A DNA stretch of 64,000 bases from Candidatus Bathyarchaeota archaeon (GCA_963768425.1 CAVYHV010000009.1:214882-278881); one strand, 5' to 3'; numbered from the stretch's first letter, positions 52,878 through 63,378 are shown. The notes: generated from the sequence alone by a model not told the origin. Made by a program: numbers and translations.

Positions 52878-52978
52878 TCCAATCTGCCTCGATTTGCTTT
52901 TCTAATGCAGTTAACGAATTATCTTCTGCTAAACTCTATTAGGACAGCGGTAACTTTAATGTTCTTCGCACCGTTGAA

Positions 52979-53812
52979 TCAGATTTCGAATTTCTCTATG
53001 ATCTTGTTTTCTTTTTCTCCTGTAATTTCGGCGATTACATGGAAGAACTGTTCAAGACCAGAATAAATTATCCTGGGCTTCAGAAGCTCATCAATCTGAA
53101 AAACGCCTGCGGAGTTGGACATTTTGATTCTTATTTCTATTGGTTTCTTCCCGTTTTCAACCGCCTCGACCTCAACCTTCTCAATTGAAAGGGCGGAAAC
53201 TGCGTGGATGTCTATTTTGCCTGCTTGAAAAGGAATCCTTGCTCTACCCGCTTCCATGTCCAACGCGTCGGCAATGCCCACTATCCCTGCTTCTTTAGTT
53301 AGTATTCTGTGGGTTGGATCTGTGCTCGGCGGCTGCTCGTGTGCCACTATAGCATGCAGGACTTCAGAAGTGATTATCGCTAATTCTTCATCGTTATAAG
53401 TCGGCTTCAAACAATCCAAGAATTGCAAAGCCAAAGTTACACTATATTTTTCATGGTTATTTCTCTGCACGATCATACCTAAATCATGAAAGATTGAAGC
53501 TAAAACAACAACGACTTCCGCATCATCATTTTCCATATCGTAGTCTTCGACGATGCTGGGCGTAATCAATTTTTTCTCAACCAGAATCCTCAGAAGCTTC
53601 AGCGCTAAATTAGATACGATCTTAACGTGAGTCGGACCATGGTCAGTGTAGCCCATACGTTCGATGGCCATTACGTTGCTGCACTTCCAGTACATCTGCA
53701 ATTTCTTGTCTTCTTTTATTCTTCCCATTACTTGCTTTAGCTTGACGTTGTTTCGATAAGGTATGTTAAATACATAGGACACTTTCAGCGGATCTCCATT
53801 TACCTTATTCAA
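52979..53812 (-). CDS. HD-domain phosphohydrolase
   Basis: DHGPTH, FHDLG, ADALD. Confidence 0.88.
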   Translation of the reverse strand: MNKVNGDPLKVSYVFNIPYRNNVKLKQVMGRIKEDKKLQMYWKCSNVMAIERMGYTDHGPTHVKIVSNLALKLLRILVEKKLITPSIVEDYDMENDDAEVVVVLASIFHDLGMIVQRNNHEKYSVTLALQFLDCLKPTYNDEELAIITSEVLHAIVAHEQPPSTDPTHRILTKEAGIVGIADALDMEAGRARIPFQAGKIDIHAVSALSIEKVEVEAVENGKKPIEIRIKMSNSAGVFQIDELLKPRIIYSGLEQFFHVIAEITGEKENKIIEKFEI

Positions 53813-53965
53813 TGCTGGATTAATTTAAACCTGCATCCGAGCAGGTAGACTTAAGCCGGCAATCAATTTTTGATTTTTCTTGTTAAACCTGTATTGTCTA
53901 ATGAACATGCTTTTAAGTATGAAAAGCACTGTTTTTCAATTATCCAAAAAACGGGGTTTCACTGT

Positions 53966-54271
53966 TTGGGAAAGAAAAAAGTGCTGAGTGAAGGCGCAAT
54001 CAGCGAAATGACTTATCCAGGACAGGGAGAAGTACTGGGAGTTGTTGTGAAGCTGCTTGGTTTCGATCGAATCTTGGTCAAATGTCAAGATGGCGCTGAA
54101 CGGCTGTGCCGAATCCGAGGCAAAATGAAAAGGCGTGTTTGGATACGCGAAGGCGACATAGTAATCGTTTCGCCCTGGGAATTCCAGACTGACAAACGCG
54201 GCGACGTAGTATGGCGATACACTCACTCACAAGCCGACACCCTGAGACGCAAGGGAATTCTAACCCTTTAA
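53966..54271 (+). CDS. eif1a: Translation initiation factor aIF-1A
   Basis: CRIRGKMKRRVWIREGDIVIVSPWEFQ..RGDVVWRY. Confidence 0.95.
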   Translation: MGKKKVLSEGAISEMTYPGQGEVLGVVVKLLGFDRILVKCQDGAERLCRIRGKMKRRVWIREGDIVIVSPWEFQTDKRGDVVWRYTHSQADTLRRKGILTL

Positions 54272-54474
54272 CATTTAACTTTCAACTAAATTTTTATTTT
54301 AGCGTAAGGTCTTTTCGAAACTAGTAAAGAGTCACGCTCGATTTCGTTTTAAAAATGAGATTTTGTTTATATTGGCGCAGAAAAAGTCCGCTTAAAATTT
54401 ACATTATCATGTAAATTGTTTGAATAGTTTCCGAGCGGTTTTAATACCCTAATGGATTAGAATTATTGATTGTT

Positions 54475-55257
54475 ATGTCGAGGAAAGCTGTCGAACGTCT
54501 TGCACATAATGAAAGAAGAGTGGAGCGAAGAGACAAGATGCTAATCCACGACATGACAAAGGAACGCGCCACGGTTGAAGAGGTTTTTGACCAAACCACC
54601 CGCATGGTTGTCTTTGACATGCTTAACAGCGGCGTTTTCTACGAGCTCAATGGCGTCGTGAGTTCGGGGAAGGAAGCGCGGGTTTATTGGGGTACAGACA
54701 AAGAAGGCAAAGACTTAGCCGTAAAAATTTATTTAACCTCTTCTGCTGAATTCAAGAAGGGCATGCACAAATACATCGAAGGCGACCCCCGCTTCAAAGA
54801 CGTCAAACACGATACCCGTTCATTAATGGCTGTTTGGGCACAAAAAGAATTCCGAAACCTCAAAGAAGCCACCGACGCAAAAGTGCGTGTACCAAAACCT
54901 ATTGCAGTCAAAAGCAACGTTGTAGTTATGGAGTTTATTGGGGAAAAGGGTGTTAGTGCGCCTTCTCTCAAGGAACAGCCTCCAATAAACCCCGAAAGAA
55001 TCTACAAAATAATCGTCACTTCCATTAAACGCCTTTATCAGAAAGCAAAGATAGTTCACGGAGACCTCAGCGAATATAACATTATGATGTGGAAGGGCAA
55101 ACCCGTGGTTTTTGACATGTCGCAGTCAGTTTCAATTCAACATCCACTGGCTGACGAGCTGCTGGTGCGTGATTTAACGAATGTGAATAGGTTCTTTAGT
55201 CGGTTAAATGTTGAAGTTATTTCAGTTGAAGAATTACATAAGATGGTTGTGGGTTGA
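54475..55257 (+). CDS. rio1: RIO1 serine/threonine kinase
   Basis: SSGKEARVY, AVKIY, HGDLSEYN, FDMSQSV. Confidence 0.95.
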   Translation: MSRKAVERLAHNERRVERRDKMLIHDMTKERATVEEVFDQTTRMVVFDMLNSGVFYELNGVVSSGKEARVYWGTDKEGKDLAVKIYLTSSAEFKKGMHKYIEGDPRFKDVKHDTRSLMAVWAQKEFRNLKEATDAKVRVPKPIAVKSNVVVMEFIGEKGVSAPSLKEQPPINPERIYKIIVTSIKRLYQKAKIVHGDLSEYNIMMWKGKPVVFDMSQSVSIQHPLADELLVRDLTNVNRFFSRLNVEVISVEELHKMVVG

Positions 55258-55259
55258 AA

Positions 55260-55838
55260 ATGTCAGGTTTAGACACGTTTGTAAAGATTCCGAAAGAACG
55301 CGTTGGCATACTTATCGGTGAAGAAGGCAAAGCAAAGCAGTACATTGAAGACAGGCTCAACGTTAAAATTGACGTTGACAGCGAAGGCAGCGTCACCATC
55401 AAGCTTACCGAAAAAGCTTCAGACCCATCAATGCTACTGAAGGCTAAAGACGTCGTGACAGCTATAGGTAGAGGATTTTCGCCTGACGCCACCTACCGAC
55501 TGATACGCAATGAAGACGAAATCTTCGATATGATCGACTTAAGACAAGTTTTCGGACGCTCCGAATCTGACATAAAACGCGTAAAAGGTAGACTGATAGG
55601 TACTGAGGGCAAAACAAGAAAACTGATCGAGGAATTAACAGAAGCAAACATGGTGGTTTACGGTCACACAATCGGGTTCATCGGTAGCTTCACACAGGTG
55701 GAGGCTGCACGGCACGCTGCGCAGATGATTATCGAGGGCTGCCAGCATCAAACAGTCTATAGGTTCCTGCAACGAAAGCGCACAGAACTCAAAAAAGAGA
55801 AGCTTCAGTTATGGGAGAAAACTGAAAACAAAAAGTAA
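55260..55838 (+). CDS. KH-domain RNA-processing protein (Dim2/Pno1-like)
   Basis: RVGILIG, AIGRGFSP, GRLIGTEGKTR; follows rio1. Confidence 0.92.
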   Translation: MSGLDTFVKIPKERVGILIGEEGKAKQYIEDRLNVKIDVDSEGSVTIKLTEKASDPSMLLKAKDVVTAIGRGFSPDATYRLIRNEDEIFDMIDLRQVFGRSESDIKRVKGRLIGTEGKTRKLIEELTEANMVVYGHTIGFIGSFTQVEAARHAAQMIIEGCQHQTVYRFLQRKRTELKKEKLQLWEKTENKK

Positions 55839-55973
55839 CTCTTATTGAAAAAACCTGATTGCTTGTAAAAGCTATTTGCTAACGAATGGCTAAGGATATT
55901 CGTTACCCAGCAACGAGTAAAGCTTAGGGAAGGGGTCCTCTCTTGTGTGTACAAGCCTACCCGGTCGGGTCAA

Positions 55974-56008
55974 TGCATATACCCTTTGCATATACCCTTT
56001 GCATATAC
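55974..56008 (+). repeat. 13-bp tandem repeat TGCATATACCCTT, about 2.7 copies
   Basis: Direct inspection. Confidence 0.85.
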
Positions 56009-56273
56009 AATCGAAAAAATGTCGCGCAAAGCATTTCATTTTGACCTGAAACCATATGGGAATTTTAAGATTCGAGAGTTTATGACAAATAACTTACCTG
56101 TGCCTTCTTAACCATAATGGCGGAAAAAACCGCGATTATTTGTTCTAGTTGCGAATTCAGCGAACACAATCCGATAAAAATTCGTTGGTCTCGGTGCTAC
56201 ACGCATTTTGCAAAGTGTTAAATAAGCAATTGTTAAATAAACAAGATAACCCATAGTAGAGGGGAGAGGTACC

Positions 56274-57293
56274 TTGAAAAATCGAACAGTTAATCTAATA
56301 ATTACCATAGTAATTTTGGGTGTTTTAGCTTCAGCTGCGATTGCGCCCATTGCAAGAGCACAGTCTCCGAAAATATCTTTCAACCCTGCGGAGCAATCTG
56401 CGGGCAAAACAATTGTTGTAACGGGAACGGGATTTGGCGCCGGTGAGCCTGTGAGCATGACTATAGCTAATGTTTTGTTTGGATACGTTAACGCCACCGA
56501 TTCGACTGGCGGCTTTGTGTTAACTGTTACTGTTGATGCTGGTTGGCCTTCTGGTACCTCTACTGTAACGGCTTACGATGGGCTTGGAAATAGCGCAGGA
56601 GCCACATTTACCGTAATAGGCGGCACTGCTGCATCGTCATCCCCAGCTCCTACGGGTTCGTCAAATAACGGTGGTTCCAACAACAATGGCGGTTCCAGTA
56701 ACAACGGCGGCTCAAATAACAATGGCAATGGAAATGGAGTAGTTACTCTTCCGCCAACTTCATCATCTGGTGGATTCTGGTCTCCTACAGTTATCGTCAT
56801 AATTGTGGCTGTGCTAATTGCTTTTGCTATTTCAGGAACGCTTCTTTATTCAAGACAGGGCAGGCAGAAAATGATGCTTGAAAGAGAACGTGAGCGTGAC
56901 CGAGAACGAACACCCTACGGACCCGGATCGCCTCAAGGACCATATGGACCAGGCGGGCAACCTTCCGGTTACGGGGGTTACAATCCTCAGCCTTCAAGTT
57001 ACAGTCCAGGGTCACAAGGTCAAGCTGGCTCGTCTCGGTACACCCCGTACAGCTCTAGGCAGCAGTCATCCTCAAGTTCCTATCAATCGCGTTACGGTCA
57101 ATCGTCAAGTTCATCGTCAAGTTACCGACCAAGCTCCTATTCTTCGCGTTACAGCCAACCATCAAGTTACAGGCAGCAACCGCAGTCAAGTTACAGTAGA
57201 CCGCCACCAATGCATTCGAAAACTTGCTCTCACTGCAAGCGAACAGTTAGGGAAGACCAAAACATCTGTCCATACTGCAACAAAAAGACATAA
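56274..57293 (+). CDS. Single-pass membrane protein: Ig-like domain, TM, S/Y/Q/R low-complexity tail, zinc ribbon
   Basis: Signal peptide, VTGTGF, GSNNNG linker, TM, CSHC/CPYC. Confidence 0.8.
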   Translation: MKNRTVNLIITIVILGVLASAAIAPIARAQSPKISFNPAEQSAGKTIVVTGTGFGAGEPVSMTIANVLFGYVNATDSTGGFVLTVTVDAGWPSGTSTVTAYDGLGNSAGATFTVIGGTAASSSPAPTGSSNNGGSNNNGGSSNNGGSNNNGNGNGVVTLPPTSSSGGFWSPTVIVIIVAVLIAFAISGTLLYSRQGRQKMMLERERERDRERTPYGPGSPQGPYGPGGQPSGYGGYNPQPSSYSPGSQGQAGSSRYTPYSSRQQSSSSSYQSRYGQSSSSSSSYRPSSYSSRYSQPSSYRQQPQSSYSRPPPMHSKTCSHCKRTVREDQNICPYCNKKT

Positions 57294-57589
57294 ACCCCAT
57301 CATCAGTTTGACCTTACTCTGTTGTCCAATAGTTGGGACGTCTAACCGACATTTTGCTTTTCCTTTCTTTTTTGTGAGTGCAAAGTAGGTTTGAAAACAA
57401 CGGTCTAACTTGTACTATTAACCTAAGTGGTGAAGATGTCTGTATTCTTTTGCGGTCAGAAGCTTAACCGCATATTCTAAAGGGCTTAAATGTTAAGATG
57501 GACTCTCAAAAAACTGAAAAAAGTGCGCGACGTATATCGCGGCATGTGAAAAACGCTTAAAAGGTAAATCAATACGCTAAATTGACTAA

Positions 57590-57660
57590 GGACAAGTGAG
57601 TGGTTTGGCTTCTTATATCCTCCCTTCTCCCCCTCACCAAACCACTTTCTTGCTCTATCC
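57590..57660 (+). ncRNA. Candidate small RNA: hairpin with 28-nt CU-rich loop
   Basis: AGTGGTTTGG/CCAAACCACT perfect stem (16 bp with one mismatch when extended); TTAAAA box at 57557. Confidence 0.5.
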
Positions 57661-58449
57661 TTAGTTCTAAATTTACCAAAGCAAGTTTACTTGGCACTAA
57701 TTATTCTCCCTTGATATAAAAAACTTTGGCAGGAAAACTTCAACTTAAAAACATAGGCTTCCTTCATATTTCAAAGTGTCCCGTTCAACATTTGAGATTT
57801 TATAGCTCGAGTATATAACCTAAAACTCCGGTAATCCTTCAAACCGAGCCAAAAAAGGGAGAAGAACTTTAGCATCTTGACACAATTGTGGTTATCCATG
57901 TAGTTTGCTGAAGTAAATTGACCAAGAAACAAGCGAACATGCTTATTTCCCGCTTTGGCGGTTATTGCATGTGGAGACTGATAGTGAGAAGTTTACTGGT
58001 AGTCAGGGTTAATTCTAATGATGGAGATACTCACTACGTTTTTTGGGATACTGAGCTTTGTGGGAAAAACCAATATGCCCAAGATTATGATGAAATTGAA
58101 GTAAAGCAAGAGTCAAAGAAGGAAGCATCGAGACCGCTTATCTTAAATCGGGCCGAATAAAAAAGCAAGCCAACACTGTATCCAAAACGAAGAAGCATCA
58201 AATTTAAGGATGTTTAATGGAAGCGCGCTCACTTTTGCTTAGAGCTCTAATGTGTTGGTGAGTGGGCTCTTCAGCTTAGTTAAGCTCTCAAATTTTGTAC
58301 TTGAAAGTTATCATAAACCTTGCTTCAAACTCAAGATCCTCATCATCCTTACGTCTTCGGGGCCAGAGTCGTCATCGCCCACCCGACCAAGAGACAGCTT
58401 ACCCAATGATTAAAACGTTAAGGTTACCGATTTCGGTTGGGGTTTGGTT

Positions 58450-58565
58450 ATTTTTTTTGTTGTTTGTGTTTTGGTTGCTTTCAGCTTTTGGTGCCCAAAA
58501 GGGTCGAAAATTACGTCCTCATTCATCCTTTCATTTCCCTTCTGATCTTGTCCTTTCTTTTACTT
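58450..58565 (-). repeat. Dispersed element copy E (degenerate)
   Basis: GTTTGTGTTTTGGTTGCTTT block, then TCY at 58516, 58526, 58536, 58546, 58556. Confidence 0.5.
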
Positions 58566-58739
58566 TTTGCGTTCCTTTCCGTTTCTTCAGGTCCCAGATT
58601 TCTGAAAGGCTCAGAAAACGACAAAATTTGCCGTGGCAAGATAGTTGTCCTTTGTGAACGTTAATTTGGAGAATGAATTCTTGTTTCACAATCATTAAAA
58701 GGTTTGATAGCAGAATAAGCTTTGAGCTGAGGGTAAGTT

Positions 58740-59348
58740 GTGGATAGAGTAAAGTTTGCTTTAACCATTCTGTCGATTTTGATTATAGTTGTTCCTTTGG
58801 TCGTTGAAGTTTACGTCTACAAAGATAACTTGGAAGGACTGGTTCTTCCACCGCAAATCAAAGATTTGATGAACGGCGGCAACAACGGCAACAACGGGAA
58901 CAGCGGATCCTTTATGGGTACTCAGTCGTCGACCTCATCTTCGCTGCCGAACTTTCAAATGCCTCAACCCGTCGGGCAACCCCAGTATGACCCTGCCACG
59001 GGCGCATTCAGTTATCCCTTTAACTTTACAAATCCTCTGTCTACTCAACTTTCGTTAACTCAGCTTTCAGCCCAGGTTGTCACGGAAGATGGTACCCCAA
59101 TAGGCAACATCTCCATACCGCAAACGATCAGCATAGCTCCAGGCGCAAACTCGATAATTACGGTTGTTGGGAATTTGAACACTGAAGAAGTAAATCAGCT
59201 TGCAGCTCAATATCAAAGCGGAAATCTCAACATCGCTTTAAACAACGTGAACGTTGTTGTAGGCGGAGTGTCCATACATATGGACCACATTGACGCGGGT
59301 TCAATTTCGGACTTGCAAAGTTTGGCTGGAAATTTGGGAGGAACCTAA
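58740..59348 (+). CDS. Membrane-anchored hypothetical protein (LEA2-like fold possible)
   Basis: N-terminal TM, FTNP motif, beta-rich. Confidence 0.7.
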   Translation: MDRVKFALTILSILIIVVPLVVEVYVYKDNLEGLVLPPQIKDLMNGGNNGNNGNSGSFMGTQSSTSSSLPNFQMPQPVGQPQYDPATGAFSYPFNFTNPLSTQLSLTQLSAQVVTEDGTPIGNISIPQTISIAPGANSIITVVGNLNTEEVNQLAAQYQSGNLNIALNNVNVVVGGVSIHMDHIDAGSISDLQSLAGNLGGT

Positions 59349-59349
59349 T

Positions 59350-59970
59350 TTGGCTCGAATAATAAACTGGCTTGCCCTCGCCGCGGGTATCCTCACATTA
59401 ATAGTTCTCGTAATCTCCCTGTACACACCCTGGTGGCAGCTAACCGTTGGTCAAAACCTCCTAAAAATAAACGCTTCACCAGTTAACACCAATTTCGGTG
59501 TGTTCGGGAACCAATTCACGATACCGATGATTTGGGCTCTTAACCTCATCACGATATTGACATTCTCCGCAAGCGGCATAATAATGCTGATTTACTCCCT
59601 CGTTCCAACGAAACCCTACGCGAAACACCTACTCAGCTTCTCGTACAAGAAACCCCTATACTCCGTTGTAAGCTTCGTTGCCGTACTGGCAATAGTCCTA
59701 TTGATTGCGGGACACTTCGGCATGTACCTTCCAATAAACGGGTCAGCTACAGTCACTCTTCCGGGCAGCTTGACTATGGGCGCCACTGTAAGCGCAGTGA
59801 TTTCAGGAACCTTTCAACTGCCATTCTTCGTCGCAGTAGCAGCAGCCACGTTATGCATAATTGCAAGGGTCTTCCATGGCTATGTGGTCAAACCTCAAAT
59901 CCCACCAGAAGCAACAACAGCCTCGACAATAACGGCGTTGCCCAACCCAAAAGGAACACCGCAACAATAA
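59350..59970 (+). CDS. 4-TM membrane protein
   Basis: TM1 followed by PWW and three more hydrophobic helices; directly follows the previous gene. Confidence 0.75.
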   Translation: MARIINWLALAAGILTLIVLVISLYTPWWQLTVGQNLLKINASPVNTNFGVFGNQFTIPMIWALNLITILTFSASGIIMLIYSLVPTKPYAKHLLSFSYKKPLYSVVSFVAVLAIVLLIAGHFGMYLPINGSATVTLPGSLTMGATVSAVISGTFQLPFFVAVAAATLCIIARVFHGYVVKPQIPPEATTASTITALPNPKGTPQQ

Positions 59971-60050
59971 ATTTTCGCAACCGTTAAAGTTTAAAGCCTA
60001 GCCGCGATTATTCTATGAACCCCGCAAAACCAAGCAACACTTTACTTTGA

Positions 60051-60125
60051 GGGGCTGTCGGCTAGCTTGGTCCAGGCTTGTAGCCTCGGGCGTTATAGAC
60101 GAGAGTTCAAATCTCTCCAGCCCCA
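60051..60125 (+). tRNA. tRNA-Pro (CGG)
   Basis: Acceptor GGGGCTG/CAGCCCC, T-arm GAGAG-TTCAAAT-CTCTC, anticodon loop CT-CGG-GC (60087-60089). Confidence 0.88.
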
Positions 60126-61790
60126 TTCAAGGTTCCGAACCATTTCGGGTTCAAGTACGGCGACCGCACCACAACCGCATCAAATTTTAGGTTCAAATCC
60201 CGCCGCGAATTGATGCGCTGTTAAAGATTCCATTTTCGTTGCCGTTCAGTGAATGAATAACGACTGATTTACAGCGAATTACGAGGCAGCTTTTCTGAAG
60301 GCGGCTTCCAAGAAAAACAACTTGCGCTCCATGGAAATTGAACCCCCAGGTTCAATTTTCTATTTATTTTGCAGTGAAATAAAGCTGGGTTGGGCTTTAA
60401 ACTGGAAATCGGTTAAAAACCGTGTAGATTGCCTTGAAAGTTGTGAACTTTTTGCATGGAAAACCGGGGGATAATTGAACTTTTCGTATGTTGAGAGAGC
60501 TCGATTTTGACCTGATTTTTTGACAGCTTGTGTTTGCACTGAAGTGGCGGTTTTTGTGGGAAGAAATCCATGCGTCGACAACTTAATTATTAGGCGAGGA
60601 CGGTTCATAGCCGAACAGTTCACGTCACTTCCTCCTGGTTTTTCTCCGAGTTTAGCGTATTTAAGGGACAGGTACTATTGCTTCATCGCTTTGTCGCTTG
60701 ATGATAATAGTTCTTGTCTGCGCTGAAGATGTTGTTTTCCTCCACAACAATCTTTAAGAAACCTGGTGCGCCTAACCATCTGCATAATTCCCAAATACTT
60801 CCCAAGGCGAAGTCTCATACTACTTACCGTTTCATAAAACACTTATTCAAACGGAAAAAAAATAATAGATAGCTTGGAAGACACGTATTTCATAGGCTTA
60901 AACCAGAATTGCTATGACTGAGGATATTGCTTCCCTTTCAATAGCAACCAAAGTCCAAGTCCAATAGCGAAAAATGATTGCCAGAAGAAGTCTTGATATA
61001 CATAAAACATGGTGGTTTGGGCGGAGTGATCTGTTTTAAAAGAGAAATACCACAAGGCATTCACGCAATTAAACAGATTATATAATCCGAAATAAGCTAA
61101 AACCCCAAAACCTGCCAGTGAAACTAGGGCGTCTGCCATCTTGTTGAATTTCGTTTTTGAACCCAGACAAGGTCAATGCACTAATAAAGACCCTATAAAA
61201 CTAAATCCAGCGGGGCGTCAAGAAAGTCATTAAATACAATATTGTCGCTTAAGGCAAGGTAGATAAGTTCACACCCTACCGAAAAAACGATAACGCCCAC
61301 CATGCCTAAGAGGACAAAGAGTCTGAGTTTGCTTCTATTGCTCATCTTAATCAATTTCTGATCAGCCCTGTTGATCAAGCAAGTTAACCTTTTTTAGCCG
61401 ATGTTCAGTTACTATCGCTTTTTAACTATTTACTATTTTCTGCATCATCTTTTTCATGGCAAAGAAGGCGATTGGAGCAAAACCGAAACTATAACTGTGC
61501 CAGCAAGTTCTGTTTCGCCAAGCTCAACTACGACTGTTTCTTTAGCGTCTGTTAGCGGTGCTTCTTACGAATCTCTTTTGCTAATAGCCACAATAGCTCT
61601 TGTAGTGATTGCATTGTTGTTGGCGGTCATTATTTTTGACCGCTTTATTCGAGAAAACGAAAGACCATTAATCCAAATCAATGACCCTCTCACAGTTGGG
61701 GGATAAAGTTAGTAAAGAAACTTTGACTAACTCCAGTCAAGAATCTTTAACGAATATCCTTTTATCTCCTATAGTTTGTTAATTCTAAAT

Positions 61791-62598
61791 ATGGGTAATA
61801 CGGGCAAGAGTTTCGTATTAATTCTGATTTTAATAATGACTACATCAAGCGTAACTCTACTAATCATTAAACCTGCAGGTGCTCAAACCCCTATACCGAC
61901 GTCTTCCGCTGCTCCCATAAAGTCGCAATATAAGCATTCACCTTGAATTCTTATCTATTCATCGTAATAATGATAACACAACAAACCCCTATACAGGAAA
62001 ACAACCTCAATGTAACTCTAGCGACTACTTATCAATAATATACGTAGAAATAACTCGATCAAAAACAAGTTTTTCCTTCGACTATAAATGGTCTTAAATA
62101 TGATCTATAGTTTAATATTCGGACAAAGGGTCATTTTGAATGAAAATTGGGCATCGACTAAATATACTCTCATCCAGATGAAAATCCCATTACAATTGGC
62201 TCCGTTATCTTCCTCTCATCAAACTCTGGCTATTCGGTTGTATCATATTCCATCTAAAATTATCCCCCTGGTGGCGAAGTAGATTTTCAGGTGAGGGCAA
62301 TTTTAGGATTTAATAGAATCTACTCCCATTAGCTATTTTCCGTATAGACATATATTTTTTGTATGCACAAGCGATTGGAGCAACACACAAACAATAACTA
62401 TATGTAATGGTTCAGCCTCTGCTAATCATTACAAGTTCCAATTCACAGACCCCGACTACATTAACATCAAGCCCAACTCCCGCCATTCCAGAGTTTCCAA
62501 CTTTGATAATTCTGCCACTTTTTGCAGTGATGATACTGCTATCAATCGTATTTGTAAGGAAGAAAATCCCAAGAAATAGCCAACTGAGAAAATCTTAA
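61791..62598 (+). pseudogene. Heavily disrupted secreted protein with PEF-CTERM signal
   Basis: Signal MGNTGKSFVLILILIM..., fragments GGEVDFQVRA and SDWSNTQTITI, end IPEFP + TM + RKK; many frame breaks. Confidence 0.6.
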
Positions 62599-62664
62599 AT
62601 CTGAAAAAGCGTAGAAATAACATAGAAAGAAGGCAATTCAACGAGTTTCTTCAACAGAAAAAGA

Positions 62665-63378
62665 TTGGGTGAAAATAGCTTCCAATTATCATTAGATGGA
62701 ACTGAGCTGTCTCTTGGAGAAAAATTAAAAGGGACTCTAAGCGTCAAATCCGCTGTTGAGTTTCAAATTGAAAAGATTTGGGTTAGGCTAACATGTGAAG
62801 AAATTGCAGGAAAAGTTCACGCAATTCTTTACGATTATGATGCAAATCTTAGTAACGCATTGTATGTGTACGAGGGATTTCAGAAAGAATTTCCTTTTGT
62901 TATCAAGTTGCCATCTGTTGGAAGAGAAACATATCACAGTATTCACCAAAATGTGCAATGGTTTGTAGATGCATACATCAAAGTAAAAGGAACAAAAAAT
63001 GCCATAAGTACTGAAAGAGGCATTGAAATTTTTGTAACAAAGCCTATAGTAGTGCCAACTACAGAAGTACCAACTATGTGGCATTATGGACGGAGTTCAT
63101 CCTGTCCCGCATGTGGAAAACAAGTCGAAGAGAATGATAATTTTTGTCCAAATTGTGCTAAACCTTTACGCCCTGACAATCTCATCAGCACACCTAATCC
63201 AACGAAAATAGAACGAGTTTCTAATGCATGGTATCTCTTACCACTCTTTTTCAGTATTCTAGGCGGTATCATAGGTTACGTGGGTGTAAAGGATAGAGAT
63301 TCAGGAAAAGCAGGTGGTATTCTTGTGGTTGGCATAATCATTTTTGTTATCGAGCTTGTCATTCTTCTGTCTCTATAG
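62665..63378 (+). CDS. Arrestin/Spo0M-like beta-sandwich + zinc ribbon + 2 TM protein
   Basis: GEKLKGTL...EFPFVIKLP...VQWFVDA; CPAC/CPNC; WYLLPLFFSILGGIIGY. Confidence 0.7.
   Translation: MGENSFQLSLDGTELSLGEKLKGTLSVKSAVEFQIEKIWVRLTCEEIAGKVHAILYDYDANLSNALYVYEGFQKEFPFVIKLPSVGRETYHSIHQNVQWFVDAYIKVKGTKNAISTERGIEIFVTKPIVVPTTEVPTMWHYGRSSSCPACGKQVEENDNFCPNCAKPLRPDNLISTPNPTKIERVSNAWYLLPLFFSILGGIIGYVGVKDRDSGKAGGILVVGIIIFVIELVILLSL

Noticed and set aside
58215-58290. Hairpin GCTCACT/GGTGAGT with inner TTAGAGCTCTAA palindrome
   Set aside because: Single moderate hairpin after a gene end; not distinguishable from a terminator or chance.
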